DNA from: a virus
IMG/VR virus record: IMGVR_UViG_3300009163_000019
Strand: one strand, 5' to 3'
Length of the DNA stretch: 64,000 nucleotides
Each line of letters begins with the position of its first letter. Within the stretch, counting starts at the first letter, position 1. The position numbers were made by a program, and so were the translations under genes. This document shows positions 9,920 through 19,063 of the stretch, in pieces. The notes below the pieces were generated by a model. It had not been told where the DNA came from. It did not search any database and worked only from the letters and a program-made list of their open reading frames with translations.

Positions 9920-10227
9920 TGGATTTCAAAACACGTTCTTTAATTAAAATGGCAGATAAGTTAATTAAATCCCATGATGCTAAAGAACATTTTGATAAAT
10001 CTCAAAAAGAAAAAGACTATATTAAAAAAGTAAGTATACTTAAAGAAATCCTAACTACAGAATATAAATTTGCTAATCAACATAAAGTACTCCATCCAGA
10101 ATATCGGATAAAATTAGAAGTCATTAATAAGCATATAGACTATATAAAGAAGATCCAGAATAATAAAACACTAGATACTTCGGATAAGCAGATCATAGAT
10201 CAATTAATGAACAAGTACAGTGGTTAA
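9916..10227 (+). CDS. Hypothetical protein
   Basis: Overlapping operon ORF. Confidence 0.5.
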   Translation: MMDFKTRSLIKMADKLIKSHDAKEHFDKSQKEKDYIKKVSILKEILTTEYKFANQHKVLHPEYRIKLEVINKHIDYIKKIQNNKTLDTSDKQIIDQLMNKYSG

Positions 10228-10398
10228 CTAACTACAAAGAATAATTTTTTTATTGGAATTAAATAGCTTAATTTTATTTTGAAATAAAAATAATATTATG
10301 AGCACTATTGACATAGTTGCAATTGTAACTATACTAGTTAATTCAGTAATAGTTATAGGAGTTCTTGCATCTAAAAATGATAAAAAAAAGTAAACATT

Positions 10399-10701
10399 AT
10401 GAAAGATATTTTTTACGACATTAGTGATTTTATATGGTCCAAAGAAAATAATTCATTTTATGCAGAAGCACCTTATCTTTATCCATTGGGAGATTATCAT
10501 TCTGCTTTTCCAAACGGTAAAAGTAAATTCTATATAAAGAATTTTAAGACTAATGACTTTCGTTCATTTATTTTTCAAGAAGAAAATATTGCTTACTATA
10601 TTTTAGATCAAGAAGAAGACTACACTATAGAAGAAACTATCTGGACATACAAAAGTGAGGACGGTATTCTCTGTCAAATATCCATTCCAACCGCTCCGTA
10701 G
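10399..10701 (+). CDS. Hypothetical protein
   Basis: Clean ORF. Confidence 0.5.
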   Translation: MKDIFYDISDFIWSKENNSFYAEAPYLYPLGDYHSAFPNGKSKFYIKNFKTNDFRSFIFQEENIAYYILDQEEDYTIEETIWTYKSEDGILCQISIPTAP

Positions 10702-10702
10702 C

Positions 10703-10854
10703 ATAACTGATTGATTTTCAACACTTTATAACTAATTGACTATCAACAAGTTATAACTAGTTGATTACCAATAAAAACTTTTAGAAAAGACTAAAATAAA
10801 TTTTTTTATTTGAAAAATTTGTTATAATTTTACTATATAACAAATCAATCAAGT
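10703..10854 (+). promoter_or_regulatory. Promoter module 2: three 25-bp palindromic units plus promoter
   Basis: Units at 10704, 10729 and 10754; TAATTTTA at 10825. Confidence 0.82.
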
Positions 10855-11199
10855 ATGACTATTAAGATCTTCGTTTTTAACTACCTTACGCATGAGACAA
10901 TTATTGACAACACTATTGAAGTAAATGGTGACTATGCCGTAGCAGAAGCCAATCATAAGGCTTTTAGCAAAATGTATCCAGATTGTCAAGTTAACTTTGT
11001 TATTGACAAAGACAATTTCATATTCGCTCCTCCGTATAATATGACACAGGACGAGATCGCTTACGATGAAGGTCGCATGACTTGGAACGAGTACGTAGGT
11101 AAGTGATATAACGGTGCTTTAGAAAGCGATAACGATATGAGAGACACTACCAACTATGAAGACATGGCACACACTGCATTTTATTCACAAAATCTATAA
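10855..11199 (+). pseudogene. Early gene paralogous to 12272..12664, with an in-frame TGA at 11104 (83 aa if it stops, 114 aa if read through)
   Basis: Frame continues 30 sense codons to TAA 11197-11199; K-*-Y aligns with K-W-Y of the paralog. Confidence 0.45.
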
Positions 11200-11210
11200 A
11201 AATAAAAGTT

Positions 11211-11438
11211 ATGAAAATCAATTTATCTAAAATCAAAATCGGAAAGCGCTATGTCTTCAATGTATATTATGATTATGGAGCTGGCAGCGGTTCTCAAGGT
11301 AGTTATAATATTATTGGTGAAGTTAAAGAGATCAATGCTGAGTTCATTAGAGTTATACCTATGGAGAATATAGAAGAAGGAAATAGAAGGTCTGTTAAAT
11401 TAAGAGGCGGATCTATAACTGAAGTAAAAACCTGCTAA
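11211..11438 (+). CDS. Hypothetical early protein
   Basis: AAAATAAAAGTTATG leader. Confidence 0.55.
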   Translation: MKINLSKIKIGKRYVFNVYYDYGAGSGSQGSYNIIGEVKEINAEFIRVIPMENIEEGNRRSVKLRGGSITEVKTC

Positions 11439-11450
11439 AAAATAAAAGTT

Positions 11451-11642
11451 ATGTTATACACAAAAAGAGACTTACAAAATTTAGACACGATCGAACAAGC
11501 TTGGGACGGAGACGAACTTAAGATAGAAGAGCAAGGATATAGAGTATGGCTTACGCATCCTGAAAATAGACAGTGGAATGGCGACTACACTGTAGAGACT
11601 TTAGTAAACGGTAAATGGGAACAGACAAATTATTCATTCTAA
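11451..11642 (+). CDS. Hypothetical early protein
   Basis: AAAATAAAAGTTATG leader. Confidence 0.55.
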   Translation: MLYTKRDLQNLDTIEQAWDGDELKIEEQGYRVWLTHPENRQWNGDYTVETLVNGKWEQTNYSF

Positions 11643-11655
11643 AAAAATAAAGGTT

Positions 11656-11955
11656 ATGAAGTTTAAACAAAATTCAATCGCGTCAGCAGGTACTTCTTTT
11701 TTCGGTACCACTTTAAATGCTTCAGTTAATGAATTAATACAGATCTTTGGCAAGCCTACTATTGAAGATAATACAGGAGAAGACAAAGTAAATTTTGAGT
11801 GGGATATTGAATGCCAGGATGGAACTGTGTTTACTGTATATGATTGGAAAGAATACAGATCTATCGGTCTAGATGAACAAATAGAGTGGCATATAGGTGG
11901 AATGAGTGAAGCAGATACAGAAAAAGCAAAAAGAGAGATTAATAATTTAAAATAA
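11656..11955 (+). CDS. Conserved phage hypothetical protein (DKV..EW...YDWK...WHIGG type)
   Basis: Motif pattern typical of phage early genes; leader present. Confidence 0.6.
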   Translation: MKFKQNSIASAGTSFFGTTLNASVNELIQIFGKPTIEDNTGEDKVNFEWDIECQDGTVFTVYDWKEYRSIGLDEQIEWHIGGMSEADTEKAKREINNLK

Positions 11956-11960
11956 AAGTT

Positions 11961-12176
11961 ATGATTAAGAAAAAGAAACAAAATTCAAAAATAGAAATCG
12001 ATTTAACAGGGCCAGATGGCAACGCATTTGTATTAATTGGTAAAGCCAGTAATTTAGCTAAACAGTTAGGACTGGATCAGAAAGCAATTCAAGCTGAGAT
12101 GATGAGCGGTGACTATGAAAATTTAGTCAAAGTATTTGATAATCATTTTGGATCGTTTGTAACATTGTATAGATAA
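11961..12176 (+). CDS. Conserved phage hypothetical protein (DLTGPDGNAF...SGDY type)
   Basis: Motif pattern typical of phage small genes; leader present. Confidence 0.6.
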   Translation: MIKKKKQNSKIEIDLTGPDGNAFVLIGKASNLAKQLGLDQKAIQAEMMSGDYENLVKVFDNHFGSFVTLYR

Positions 12177-12271
12177 TAAAAAAATAAAAGTTATGCAGGT
12201 TACAACAATTCCAATTATAGTTTATCCAAATTTTCCTAAAGAAATTAATACAATACATTTAAATTAAAGTT

Positions 12272-12664
12272 ATGACTAAAAATTTTACAATAGCTAAACA
12301 AACTCAAGACACTTCTAAATTAACGCTTTGCACTTTAACAATCAAAGATTGGTACACAGCTAAAACTAAAATGAAAAAGATTATGCCTAAAGATCCTGAA
12401 AAGGCATTAATTATTCATAGTAAGCTAAATCCAGATTCTATAGTTACCATAACTTGGGATAGTAAAGGTAAGCCAATGAGTAAGACATTAGTTCCAGATA
12501 ATATGAGACGTGATCAGGATCTCGTGGATGAGCTAGAAATGGAGGTTGAATACTTCACAAAGAAGTGGTATGGTAAGATCAGTAAGGCTAAAATGGCTCA
12601 AATTCAAGCAGAAATTGAATCAGAAACACAACTTATTGATAATGAATCAGTTGTAATGGGTTGA
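12272..12664 (+). CDS. Hypothetical early protein, paralog of the 10855 gene
   Basis: Shared SK..PD..V / P.NM..D....DE..M / KWY pattern. Confidence 0.55.
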   Translation: MTKNFTIAKQTQDTSKLTLCTLTIKDWYTAKTKMKKIMPKDPEKALIIHSKLNPDSIVTITWDSKGKPMSKTLVPDNMRRDQDLVDELEMEVEYFTKKWYGKISKAKMAQIQAEIESETQLIDNESVVMG

Positions 12665-12781
12665 TTTTCAATCAGATATAACTAGTTGATTACCAATAAA
12701 AACTTTTGGAAAAGACTAAAATAAATTTTTTTATCTCGTAGAATTGTCATAATTTTACTATGAAACAAAACAATAAAGGTT
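12629..12781 (+). promoter_or_regulatory. Promoter module 3: three 25-bp units (first two overlap the upstream CDS end) plus promoter
   Basis: Units at 12629, 12654 and 12679; TAATTTTA at 12750. Confidence 0.78.
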
Positions 12782-13663
12782 ATGAATAATCAAATTATCC
12801 TCTCTGCTCTAGAATCTCAATTAGCTTCTAAACAATCTGAATTAGAATCACACGCAACATTAATATCAGAGCCCGCTTCAAAAGCACTTACTCAAAATGT
12901 TTTACAGTCTCTTCGTGAAAATGTATCTACTCTTATTCCTAATATTAAGATTAGCACAAGTCGTCTAGAGATCATGAGATTTTCAGAGCCAAATTCCTAC
13001 AGGTCTTCTGTTACAGTTTATTTAGAAAGCAGTTGGAGATCTGAATACAAGACTCTAGATATTGAAATGAATTGGTATGGATCAAGAGCGAATTTGAAAG
13101 ACGAGAATACACTTAATGATGTTCAAGTTTTTGGTGCAGTTGCGGCTAAGCTTGCATGGATCGAATATGAATTCATAAATAATTGGAGACCTGCTATCAT
13201 GGAAATTGATAAAATACCACAAAATATAGAAAATGAAATTCGCCAAATTAATTACAGTATTCAATCAGTAAAAAATCAAATGAGAAATGACGGAATTGAT
13301 AGCTATAAAAAAGAGGGATTTGTTTGTACTCTTACTACAACTTTGAATATATCAAGAGATTGGGAAGCGGAAGGAAATCCATACCAATTACAATCAAGTA
13401 TTCCTAATATAAAGCTATCAACAGGTCGAGGTAAGTGGGACTACGTTTACGCTAAGTCTTTCAAAGTTTTAAAAACTAATAAGTACAAGACTACTTTAGA
13501 AATAACTCAGAGCGATGATAGAGTTATAGAGCGCACAATTACGGCTAGATCTTTCGATCAATTCATTTCTGAAGTTTACGATTGGCAGACAGATAAAGCT
13601 AAAGTGCACAATGATAAAATTACAGAAAGATTCAATACTCAATATGCTAAACAATCTGCATAA
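12782..13663 (+). CDS. Hypothetical early protein with coiled-coil segments
   Basis: 293-aa ORF immediately after the promoter module. Confidence 0.6.
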   Translation: MNNQIILSALESQLASKQSELESHATLISEPASKALTQNVLQSLRENVSTLIPNIKISTSRLEIMRFSEPNSYRSSVTVYLESSWRSEYKTLDIEMNWYGSRANLKDENTLNDVQVFGAVAAKLAWIEYEFINNWRPAIMEIDKIPQNIENEIRQINYSIQSVKNQMRNDGIDSYKKEGFVCTLTTTLNISRDWEAEGNPYQLQSSIPNIKLSTGRGKWDYVYAKSFKVLKTNKYKTTLEITQSDDRVIERTITARSFDQFISEVYDWQTDKAKVHNDKITERFNTQYAKQSA

Positions 13664-13683
13664 TTAATTATAAAATAAAAGTT

Positions 13684-14070
13684 ATGAAAAAAATAAGTAG
13701 GAAGAAGTCCTTAGTGGACTACATGATAGAGAATGGAAACAATTTTAGGTATACCGACATGATAAAATATCTTGTTAAAATATGCAGAAAAAAAGAATAT
13801 GAGTGGCAATACGATAGAGGATTTTATGCAGCAAACTTTGGTTTTAGTGGATATATTACTCGAGGTTGTGGAACTTGCGGCGTCTATAAAAATCCTACAG
13901 GTAAGTGGAGTGCTAAGTATTATACAGAAGAAGAAATTACTTTGTATAAAATTAAAAGGCTTGTAACCCCGGCATTCAGTAAAGTATTAAATAGTTTTTC
14001 AGATAGACAAAAAAGAGATAGCGTAAGATTAGATCTTATTAAAAAATTAGCTAAACTAGTTAAAAAATAA
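13684..14070 (+). CDS. Hypothetical basic protein
   Basis: AAAATAAAAGTTATG leader. Confidence 0.5.
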   Translation: MKKISRKKSLVDYMIENGNNFRYTDMIKYLVKICRKKEYEWQYDRGFYAANFGFSGYITRGCGTCGVYKNPTGKWSAKYYTEEEITLYKIKRLVTPAFSKVLNSFSDRQKRDSVRLDLIKKLAKLVKK

Positions 14071-14073
14071 ATT

Positions 14074-14280
14074 ATGAATACTAAATATTGTAAAGTTTGT
14101 CAAAAAGAAATCCACCCTAAACGTGTAGCATTAGGATATGGAACTACATGCGTAGATCATAGTAGTGCAGAAAGATATACAGGTATTGTAGCTGCAGGAT
14201 CTAAGAATGACTTTGAAGTTCAGATCGTTAAAGATCCAGAGATCGGTAGGCAACTTGTTCAATTATCAAATATTTATTAA
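14074..14280 (+). CDS. TraR/DksA-like zinc-finger protein
   Basis: CKVCQKEIHPKRVALG..TCVDH. Confidence 0.65.
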   Translation: MNTKYCKVCQKEIHPKRVALGYGTTCVDHSSAERYTGIVAAGSKNDFEVQIVKDPEIGRQLVQLSNIY

Positions 14281-14289
14281 AAAAGTAAA

Positions 14290-14565
14290 ATGAATTATTT
14301 AAGCCCAGTAGAATATAGTAAAAAAATGAAAGCCTTAATGGAAGACGAGTCTACTCCTATGGAAGAGACAATTCCTGTAAAAGGAGAGAAGACTATGAAA
14401 GAAAGACTTTCAGAACTTTCTCCTGATGAGACAACTAAACTTCAAGAATATATTGCTAGTATCAAAGAGATCAAGAAAGCTATTCACGAATTAATAAATA
14501 AAGAATCTGTAGAAGAGAGCGGAGGCAATATGTCTTCAGGATTAGTACTTCCTGAAGAAGAATAA
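14290..14565 (+). CDS. Acidic hypothetical protein (putative late/virion)
   Basis: ATATTTAT motif upstream. Confidence 0.5.
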   Translation: MNYLSPVEYSKKMKALMEDESTPMEETIPVKGEKTMKERLSELSPDETTKLQEYIASIKEIKKAIHELINKESVEESGGNMSSGLVLPEEE

Positions 14566-14575
14566 AAATAAAATA

Positions 14576-14923
14576 ATGGTTATGCAAAATTTAGTTTCAG
14601 GAATATTTTTTGGAGTCATAGGACAAGTACTCTCTTTTTTTCAATTACAAGCAGGAATAAGATTCGGTTGGACTGAGAAATGGAGTTGGGCTCTAATGCT
14701 ACTTGGTTTTCCAATTAGCTGGTCTTTCATGAAAAGTGTACAATACTTCATCAATGCATTCGATGGAGAGATCTATCCAAGTAGGATATTAGGATTTGCT
14801 GTAGGTATCATTGTCTTTAGTATTATGGGATGGTTTCTATTTAGAGAAGGAATCACACCTAAAACAGGAGTGTGCTTACTATTAAGTTTGTGCATTATTC
14901 TTATTCAAATACTTTGGAAATAG
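14576..14923 (+). CDS. Four-TM membrane protein, SMR/DMT-like topology
   Basis: Four hydrophobic helices; FLFREGITPK. Confidence 0.6.
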   Translation: MVMQNLVSGIFFGVIGQVLSFFQLQAGIRFGWTEKWSWALMLLGFPISWSFMKSVQYFINAFDGEIYPSRILGFAVGIIVFSIMGWFLFREGITPKTGVCLLLSLCIILIQILWK

Positions 14924-14971
14924 ATTATTTTTTACCACAATTATTATTTAATTTTATATAAATAAGTTATT

Positions 14972-15709
14972 TTGAAAACTGTAGTTTTTGGAGATATACA
15001 TGGTAGATCAAATTGGAAATTAGCGGTTCATAAAGAGAATCCTGATAGAGTTATTTTTATAGGTGACTACTTTGATTCATTTGAATTTTCCGGAGTAGAA
15101 CAAATTGATAATTTCAAACAAATTATTCAGTATAAAACAGATAATCCACAAGTTGAAGTTGTGATGTTGATTGGTAATCACGATCATCATTACTTTCCTG
15201 AAATTGGTTATACTGGGACTAGTGGTTATCAAGCAGGAGTTGGTCATTCAATTACTCAAGTTATAGATGAAAATAGACACCACCTACAAATGGCTTATGG
15301 TTTTGGAGATTATCTATTCACTCATGCTGGAGTTAGTCCTGTGTTCATGGATCAAGTATTTGGTTCTGATGATTGGAGTAAGGAGAGTATTGTAGTTGAT
15401 TTGAATGAATTATTTAGGTACAAACCTAAAGCATTTCTATTTAATGGTTTTGAGTCAAGTGGAGATAGTCCATCACAAACACCAATTTGGATTAGACCTA
15501 GATCATTAATGTCTTCAAATAAAAAACACCCTAAAGGATTAAAGAAAGATTATATTCAAATTGTAGGTCATACTCAAATGAATAAACTTGATTTAATTGG
15601 AAGTGATAAATTTACAGGTGGTAGATATTATTTCATTGACACAATGGATACATCAGGAGAATATTTGGTTATTCAAGATAACAATCTTATCGTTAACTCA
15701 GTAAAATAA
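14972..15709 (+). CDS. Calcineurin-like metallophosphoesterase
   Basis: GDIHG, GDYFD, GNHD, HAG and GHT motifs. Confidence 0.92.
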   Translation: MKTVVFGDIHGRSNWKLAVHKENPDRVIFIGDYFDSFEFSGVEQIDNFKQIIQYKTDNPQVEVVMLIGNHDHHYFPEIGYTGTSGYQAGVGHSITQVIDENRHHLQMAYGFGDYLFTHAGVSPVFMDQVFGSDDWSKESIVVDLNELFRYKPKAFLFNGFESSGDSPSQTPIWIRPRSLMSSNKKHPKGLKKDYIQIVGHTQMNKLDLIGSDKFTGGRYYFIDTMDTSGEYLVIQDNNLIVNSVK

Positions 15710-15714
15710 AAGTT

Positions 15715-16137
15715 ATGTATTTTATATTATTAATGCTAATAAATTTTAGTGTAGAGACAAAGTCATTAGATCTTAATAAAGAAAATTTATGGATCGCAAT
15801 AAAAAATTCTAACATAGATCATCCAGATATTGCTTATGCACAAGCTATACTTGAATCAGGTAATCTAAAAAGTAGATTAGTTAAAACTAATAACAATCTA
15901 TTTGGAATGAAAAAACCTAGCATTAGAAAAACTACTGCTATTGGAACAAAATATAAGTACGCTAAATATAGTAGTTGGATATCTTCTGTAGAAGACTATA
16001 AACTTTGGCAAGATCATTTGTTTAGAAAAAAAATAATGAGTAGAAAAGAATATATGAAGTACTTACAAATTAGATATTCTGAAACCCCAACATATATTAA
16101 TAGGGTTATGAAAATAGTTAATCAAAATAAAATATAA
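15715..16137 (+). CDS. GH73 glucosaminidase-family peptidoglycan hydrolase with N-terminal signal
   Basis: AQAILESG, NNLFGMK, Y..YSSW..SVEDY, YSE...Y. Confidence 0.85.
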   Translation: MYFILLMLINFSVETKSLDLNKENLWIAIKNSNIDHPDIAYAQAILESGNLKSRLVKTNNNLFGMKKPSIRKTTAIGTKYKYAKYSSWISSVEDYKLWQDHLFRKKIMSRKEYMKYLQIRYSETPTYINRVMKIVNQNKI

Positions 16138-16141
16138 GGTT

Positions 16142-16351
16142 ATGGATAGAATTGAAATGTTATATGACAATATGGATAGCTTCGATAAACAGCAGATGTC
16201 TGAGTATCTAATGAAAGACGGATATCCAGAACCATATACACATACAGCAGAATTTAAATATCAAAATGAAATTTTAAAGTTGTATGATAAATGGAATATG
16301 CTTACTCAAGAAGAAGAGGAAACGATTTTAAAAATAGCAAATAAATTTTAA
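16142..16351 (+). CDS. Hypothetical protein
   Basis: AAGGTTATG leader. Confidence 0.5.
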   Translation: MDRIEMLYDNMDSFDKQQMSEYLMKDGYPEPYTHTAEFKYQNEILKLYDKWNMLTQEEEETILKIANKF

Positions 16352-16520
16352 TAATGTTAGTTGTAGATCTTGTAGAAAGTGTAGAAAGTTTATATTCTAA
16401 TATGCCTGATAAAAGAAAAAGAAAAGAGTATCAAGATTGGAAGGTTCAAATAAATAAAATTATAGACGATATAAATAAGTTATGTAAATTTAAAATGTAT
16501 AATCAAATAAAATAAAAATC

Positions 16521-16751
16521 ATGGCAGTTAGTAAAAAACCAAGAAAAAAAGCAGCTCAACAAGAAGTACTTACAGTAAAACCAATTCAGCAGGCATTATG
16601 GTATCCTATTGATTGGGATAAAGTAAAGACCTTAACAGATTTAAAATTTATAATTAAGAATATGGGTTTAGGTTGCGCTGATGATTCTCCAAATTATGCC
16701 GAATTAAAAAAGTATTTATCCGATTCTCCATTAGCGCGTAATAATGGTTAA
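16521..16751 (+). CDS. Hypothetical protein
   Basis: Clean ORF with A-rich leader. Confidence 0.5.
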   Translation: MAVSKKPRKKAAQQEVLTVKPIQQALWYPIDWDKVKTLTDLKFIIKNMGLGCADDSPNYAELKKYLSDSPLARNNG

Positions 16752-16779
16752 TACCTTAATAAATAAAATAAAAATTAGT

Positions 16780-17052
16780 ATGGCAGATTTTTCTAAACAA
16801 TACTGTGAAATATATGATCATGGATTTTCATGGGATTTTGATATTGAAGAAATAGCAGATGAATTGGATCCCGGTTATATGAACAATGTTATTTGTGAAG
16901 GCTTTGGTTTCGACGCAATAGGTAAAGAGAAATCAGGAGAGATTGTACTTCACTTTAGAGATTGGGAAACAGGAAAAAAATCTTGGGTTAGCTATAAAGA
17001 TTTTATAAATAAACAAAAATTAAGTATTAATGAACAGTTGGGTAGATCCTAG
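16780..17052 (+). CDS. Phage hypothetical protein (MADFSKQYC...ICEGFG)
   Basis: Likely start at the internal ATG after an A-rich leader. Confidence 0.55.
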   Translation: MADFSKQYCEIYDHGFSWDFDIEEIADELDPGYMNNVICEGFGFDAIGKEKSGEIVLHFRDWETGKKSWVSYKDFINKQKLSINEQLGRS

Positions 17053-17209
17053 AATTAGTAGGATAATAGAATTAGAGTTAGAAATAACAGACGCAGTATC
17101 TAAAGGACATAAAGCTGCAGATAGCGATAAGTTTAAAGAGCATAGAGAAGAGCTAAAGCGTTTAAGAGAGGAACTAAAGTCGGAGCGGCGCGCGCAAGGG
17201 CGGCGGTAA
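17030..17209 (+). CDS. Small hypothetical protein (59 aa, not in the ORF track)
   Basis: MNSWVDPRISRIIELELE...SERRAQGRR*. Confidence 0.45.
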   Translation: MNSWVDPRISRIIELELEITDAVSKGHKAADSDKFKEHREELKRLREELKSERRAQGRR

Positions 17210-17261
17210 AATTTCGCGAGGGCCTCAAAAGTCATAAATACAAATATACAATATACAAACT

Positions 17262-17603
17262 ATGAAATGGGAATCCTTTGAAAAAATAATGTTAACCTAT
17301 AAGCGTGCCTTATCGGATATGGATGCACTTTATAAGATTGGTTTAGACCTATCCGAAGGCCCGTACGACCTCATGAGCCACATGTACGTCTTGTTTAATG
17401 AATCTATGGGGATCCAATATAACCCTCATGGCGTGGACTGGATTGATTGGTACATATTCGAAACCGACTGGCAAAAGAAAGGGAATTACGAAGCCTATAA
17501 TGAGAAGAAAGAACTCATTGCCCAAGACTTAAAAGGCCTGTGGGAACTACTTGAATCAGATTATCGGAATGATCAAAAACCAGAAATGCCACTAGACTTA
17601 TGA
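17262..17603 (+). CDS. Hypothetical protein
   Basis: DWIDWYIFE motif; clean ORF. Confidence 0.55.
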   Translation: MKWESFEKIMLTYKRALSDMDALYKIGLDLSEGPYDLMSHMYVLFNESMGIQYNPHGVDWIDWYIFETDWQKKGNYEAYNEKKELIAQDLKGLWELLESDYRNDQKPEMPLDL

Positions 17604-17845
17604 AAAACAAAAAGCCACAAGACTACATAATCAGATACAGAGATGTCGACCCTTACACTATGCATATCGATGGCGAGGGTGAAACATGCAGGACCGATAG
17701 CCGTGTCGGAGCGGAAAGGATTATTGAAGCCTTAACAGAGTTTAATACAAAGTCTAAACACGGCAGGCCAAATAGAGAGTACTACATAGAGGTTAAGGAA
17801 AGCCGTGGACCAATAGAAAAGCCCAATCCCTGGTGGACTTGGTAA
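17600..17845 (+). CDS. Hypothetical protein
   Basis: ATGA overlap. Confidence 0.5.
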   Translation: MKNKKPQDYIIRYRDVDPYTMHIDGEGETCRTDSRVGAERIIEALTEFNTKSKHGRPNREYYIEVKESRGPIEKPNPWWTW

Positions 17846-17943
17846 TTAAATAACCTGGTCTACCGACGTATAGTAAAAAGGAATATTACTATACAGTTTG
17901 TCGGGCGAAATAAAGATTATATATTCATTGCAAATAAAAAATT

Positions 17944-18162
17944 ATGATTGAATATCAAGAAATAATCGAAGGTAATTTAAAAGCAGTTAAAGACACAAGC
18001 GATTTTGGAAGTCCTAATAAATGGAACCTACACGTTAAAACCGTCAATGGATGGTATGATTCAGTTCAATGGATGAGTGTATGGCGCATTCAAGAATTCT
18101 TTAAAACAAAACTACCCGTTTACAAAGAGGTAGAGAAGCAAGTTGACTATGAATTAGAATAA
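17944..18162 (+). CDS. Hypothetical protein
   Basis: A-rich leader. Confidence 0.5.
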   Translation: MIEYQEIIEGNLKAVKDTSDFGSPNKWNLHVKTVNGWYDSVQWMSVWRIQEFFKTKLPVYKEVEKQVDYELE

Positions 18163-18172
18163 ATTAAAAAAT

Positions 18173-18418
18173 ATGACACCACAAGAAAAAGCATTAGAAC
18201 TATACAACAAGTATCTTCCATACGCTGATGAATATATCTACCCAGAACAAGCAGCAAAGGAGTTATGTATGATAACAGTGGATGAAATAATTGAAAGTAG
18301 AAAAGATGATAGCATGTTTGGTGATACATTGTTATCTACAAGCAGTGAGTATTATACACCACACCCAATGTACATAACTTATTGGTTACAAGTAAAACAA
18401 GAAATAGAAAAGCTATGA
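18173..18418 (+). CDS. Small phage protein (MTP.EKA.EL...YW..VKQEI type)
   Basis: Similar to the C-terminal half of the 20749 ORF. Confidence 0.55.
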   Translation: MTPQEKALELYNKYLPYADEYIYPEQAAKELCMITVDEIIESRKDDSMFGDTLLSTSSEYYTPHPMYITYWLQVKQEIEKL

Positions 18419-18576
18419 AGCTATACAAAGAATACAACAACTTTTTTATCACACCTTGTATAAAGATCTACTACGATACATACTTTGAAGGTGGGTTAAT
18501 ATGTTTAGATTTGGAATTTACATGGTTAATGTGGACAGTTAGCTTTAGTATTATAAAAGAAAGTATATAAGATCAA

Positions 18577-18801
18577 ATGACAGTAAAAGAACTAATAGAG
18601 AACCTACAAACTCTAGATCCAGAACTCAGAGTCTTTGTTGAAGGGTATGAGGGTGGCTACAATGATGTTAGCTTTAATCCAAACATAAGTAAGTTTGTAC
18701 TTGATTACCACTCAGATTGGTATTATGGAGTACATGAGATCATTGATGCGTGTTCCCAAGAAGAAGGAGAGTATCATACTGTGGACGGAATAGTGTTATA
18801 A
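18577..18801 (+). CDS. Small phage protein (MTVKELIE.L...GYEGG type)
   Basis: Common phage motif. Confidence 0.55.
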   Translation: MTVKELIENLQTLDPELRVFVEGYEGGYNDVSFNPNISKFVLDYHSDWYYGVHEIIDACSQEEGEYHTVDGIVL

Positions 18802-18915
18802 AAATATATACTATAGATGAAAATAATTTTGGCTTGTTTATTATTAAATTGTATTTTTATGTCATATTTGCTTGCTAGAACACACAACGGTGATGATATA
18901 ATGTAAAGTAATAAT

Positions 18916-19000
18916 AGTCAGGTAGCGGAAATGGTAGACGCATGCATCCCGTAAGATTTGCATTCCACTGAGATTACTGGTTCGACTCCAGTCCTGACTA
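18916..19000 (+). tRNA. tRNA-like gene with non-canonical anticodon arm (GTA in loop; Tyr-like or pseudo-tRNA)
   Basis: Acceptor AGTCAGG/CCTGACT+A, D-arm GCG-GAAATGGTAGA-CGC, T-arm ACTGG-TTCGACT-CCAGT; anticodon arm irregular; no encoded CCA. Confidence 0.7.
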
Positions 19001-19063
19001 CTCTGGATTTAAATAGCTTCCATCTCATGGGGATTTAGTATATTTAATAAATAAATAAAGGTT

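Noticed and set aside
17180-17226. GC-rich patch CGGAGCGGCGCGCGCAAGGGCGGCGG as an ncRNA
   Set aside because: Mostly explained as the Arg-rich end of ORF 17030..17209, with no convincing stem; a cis signal cannot be fully excluded
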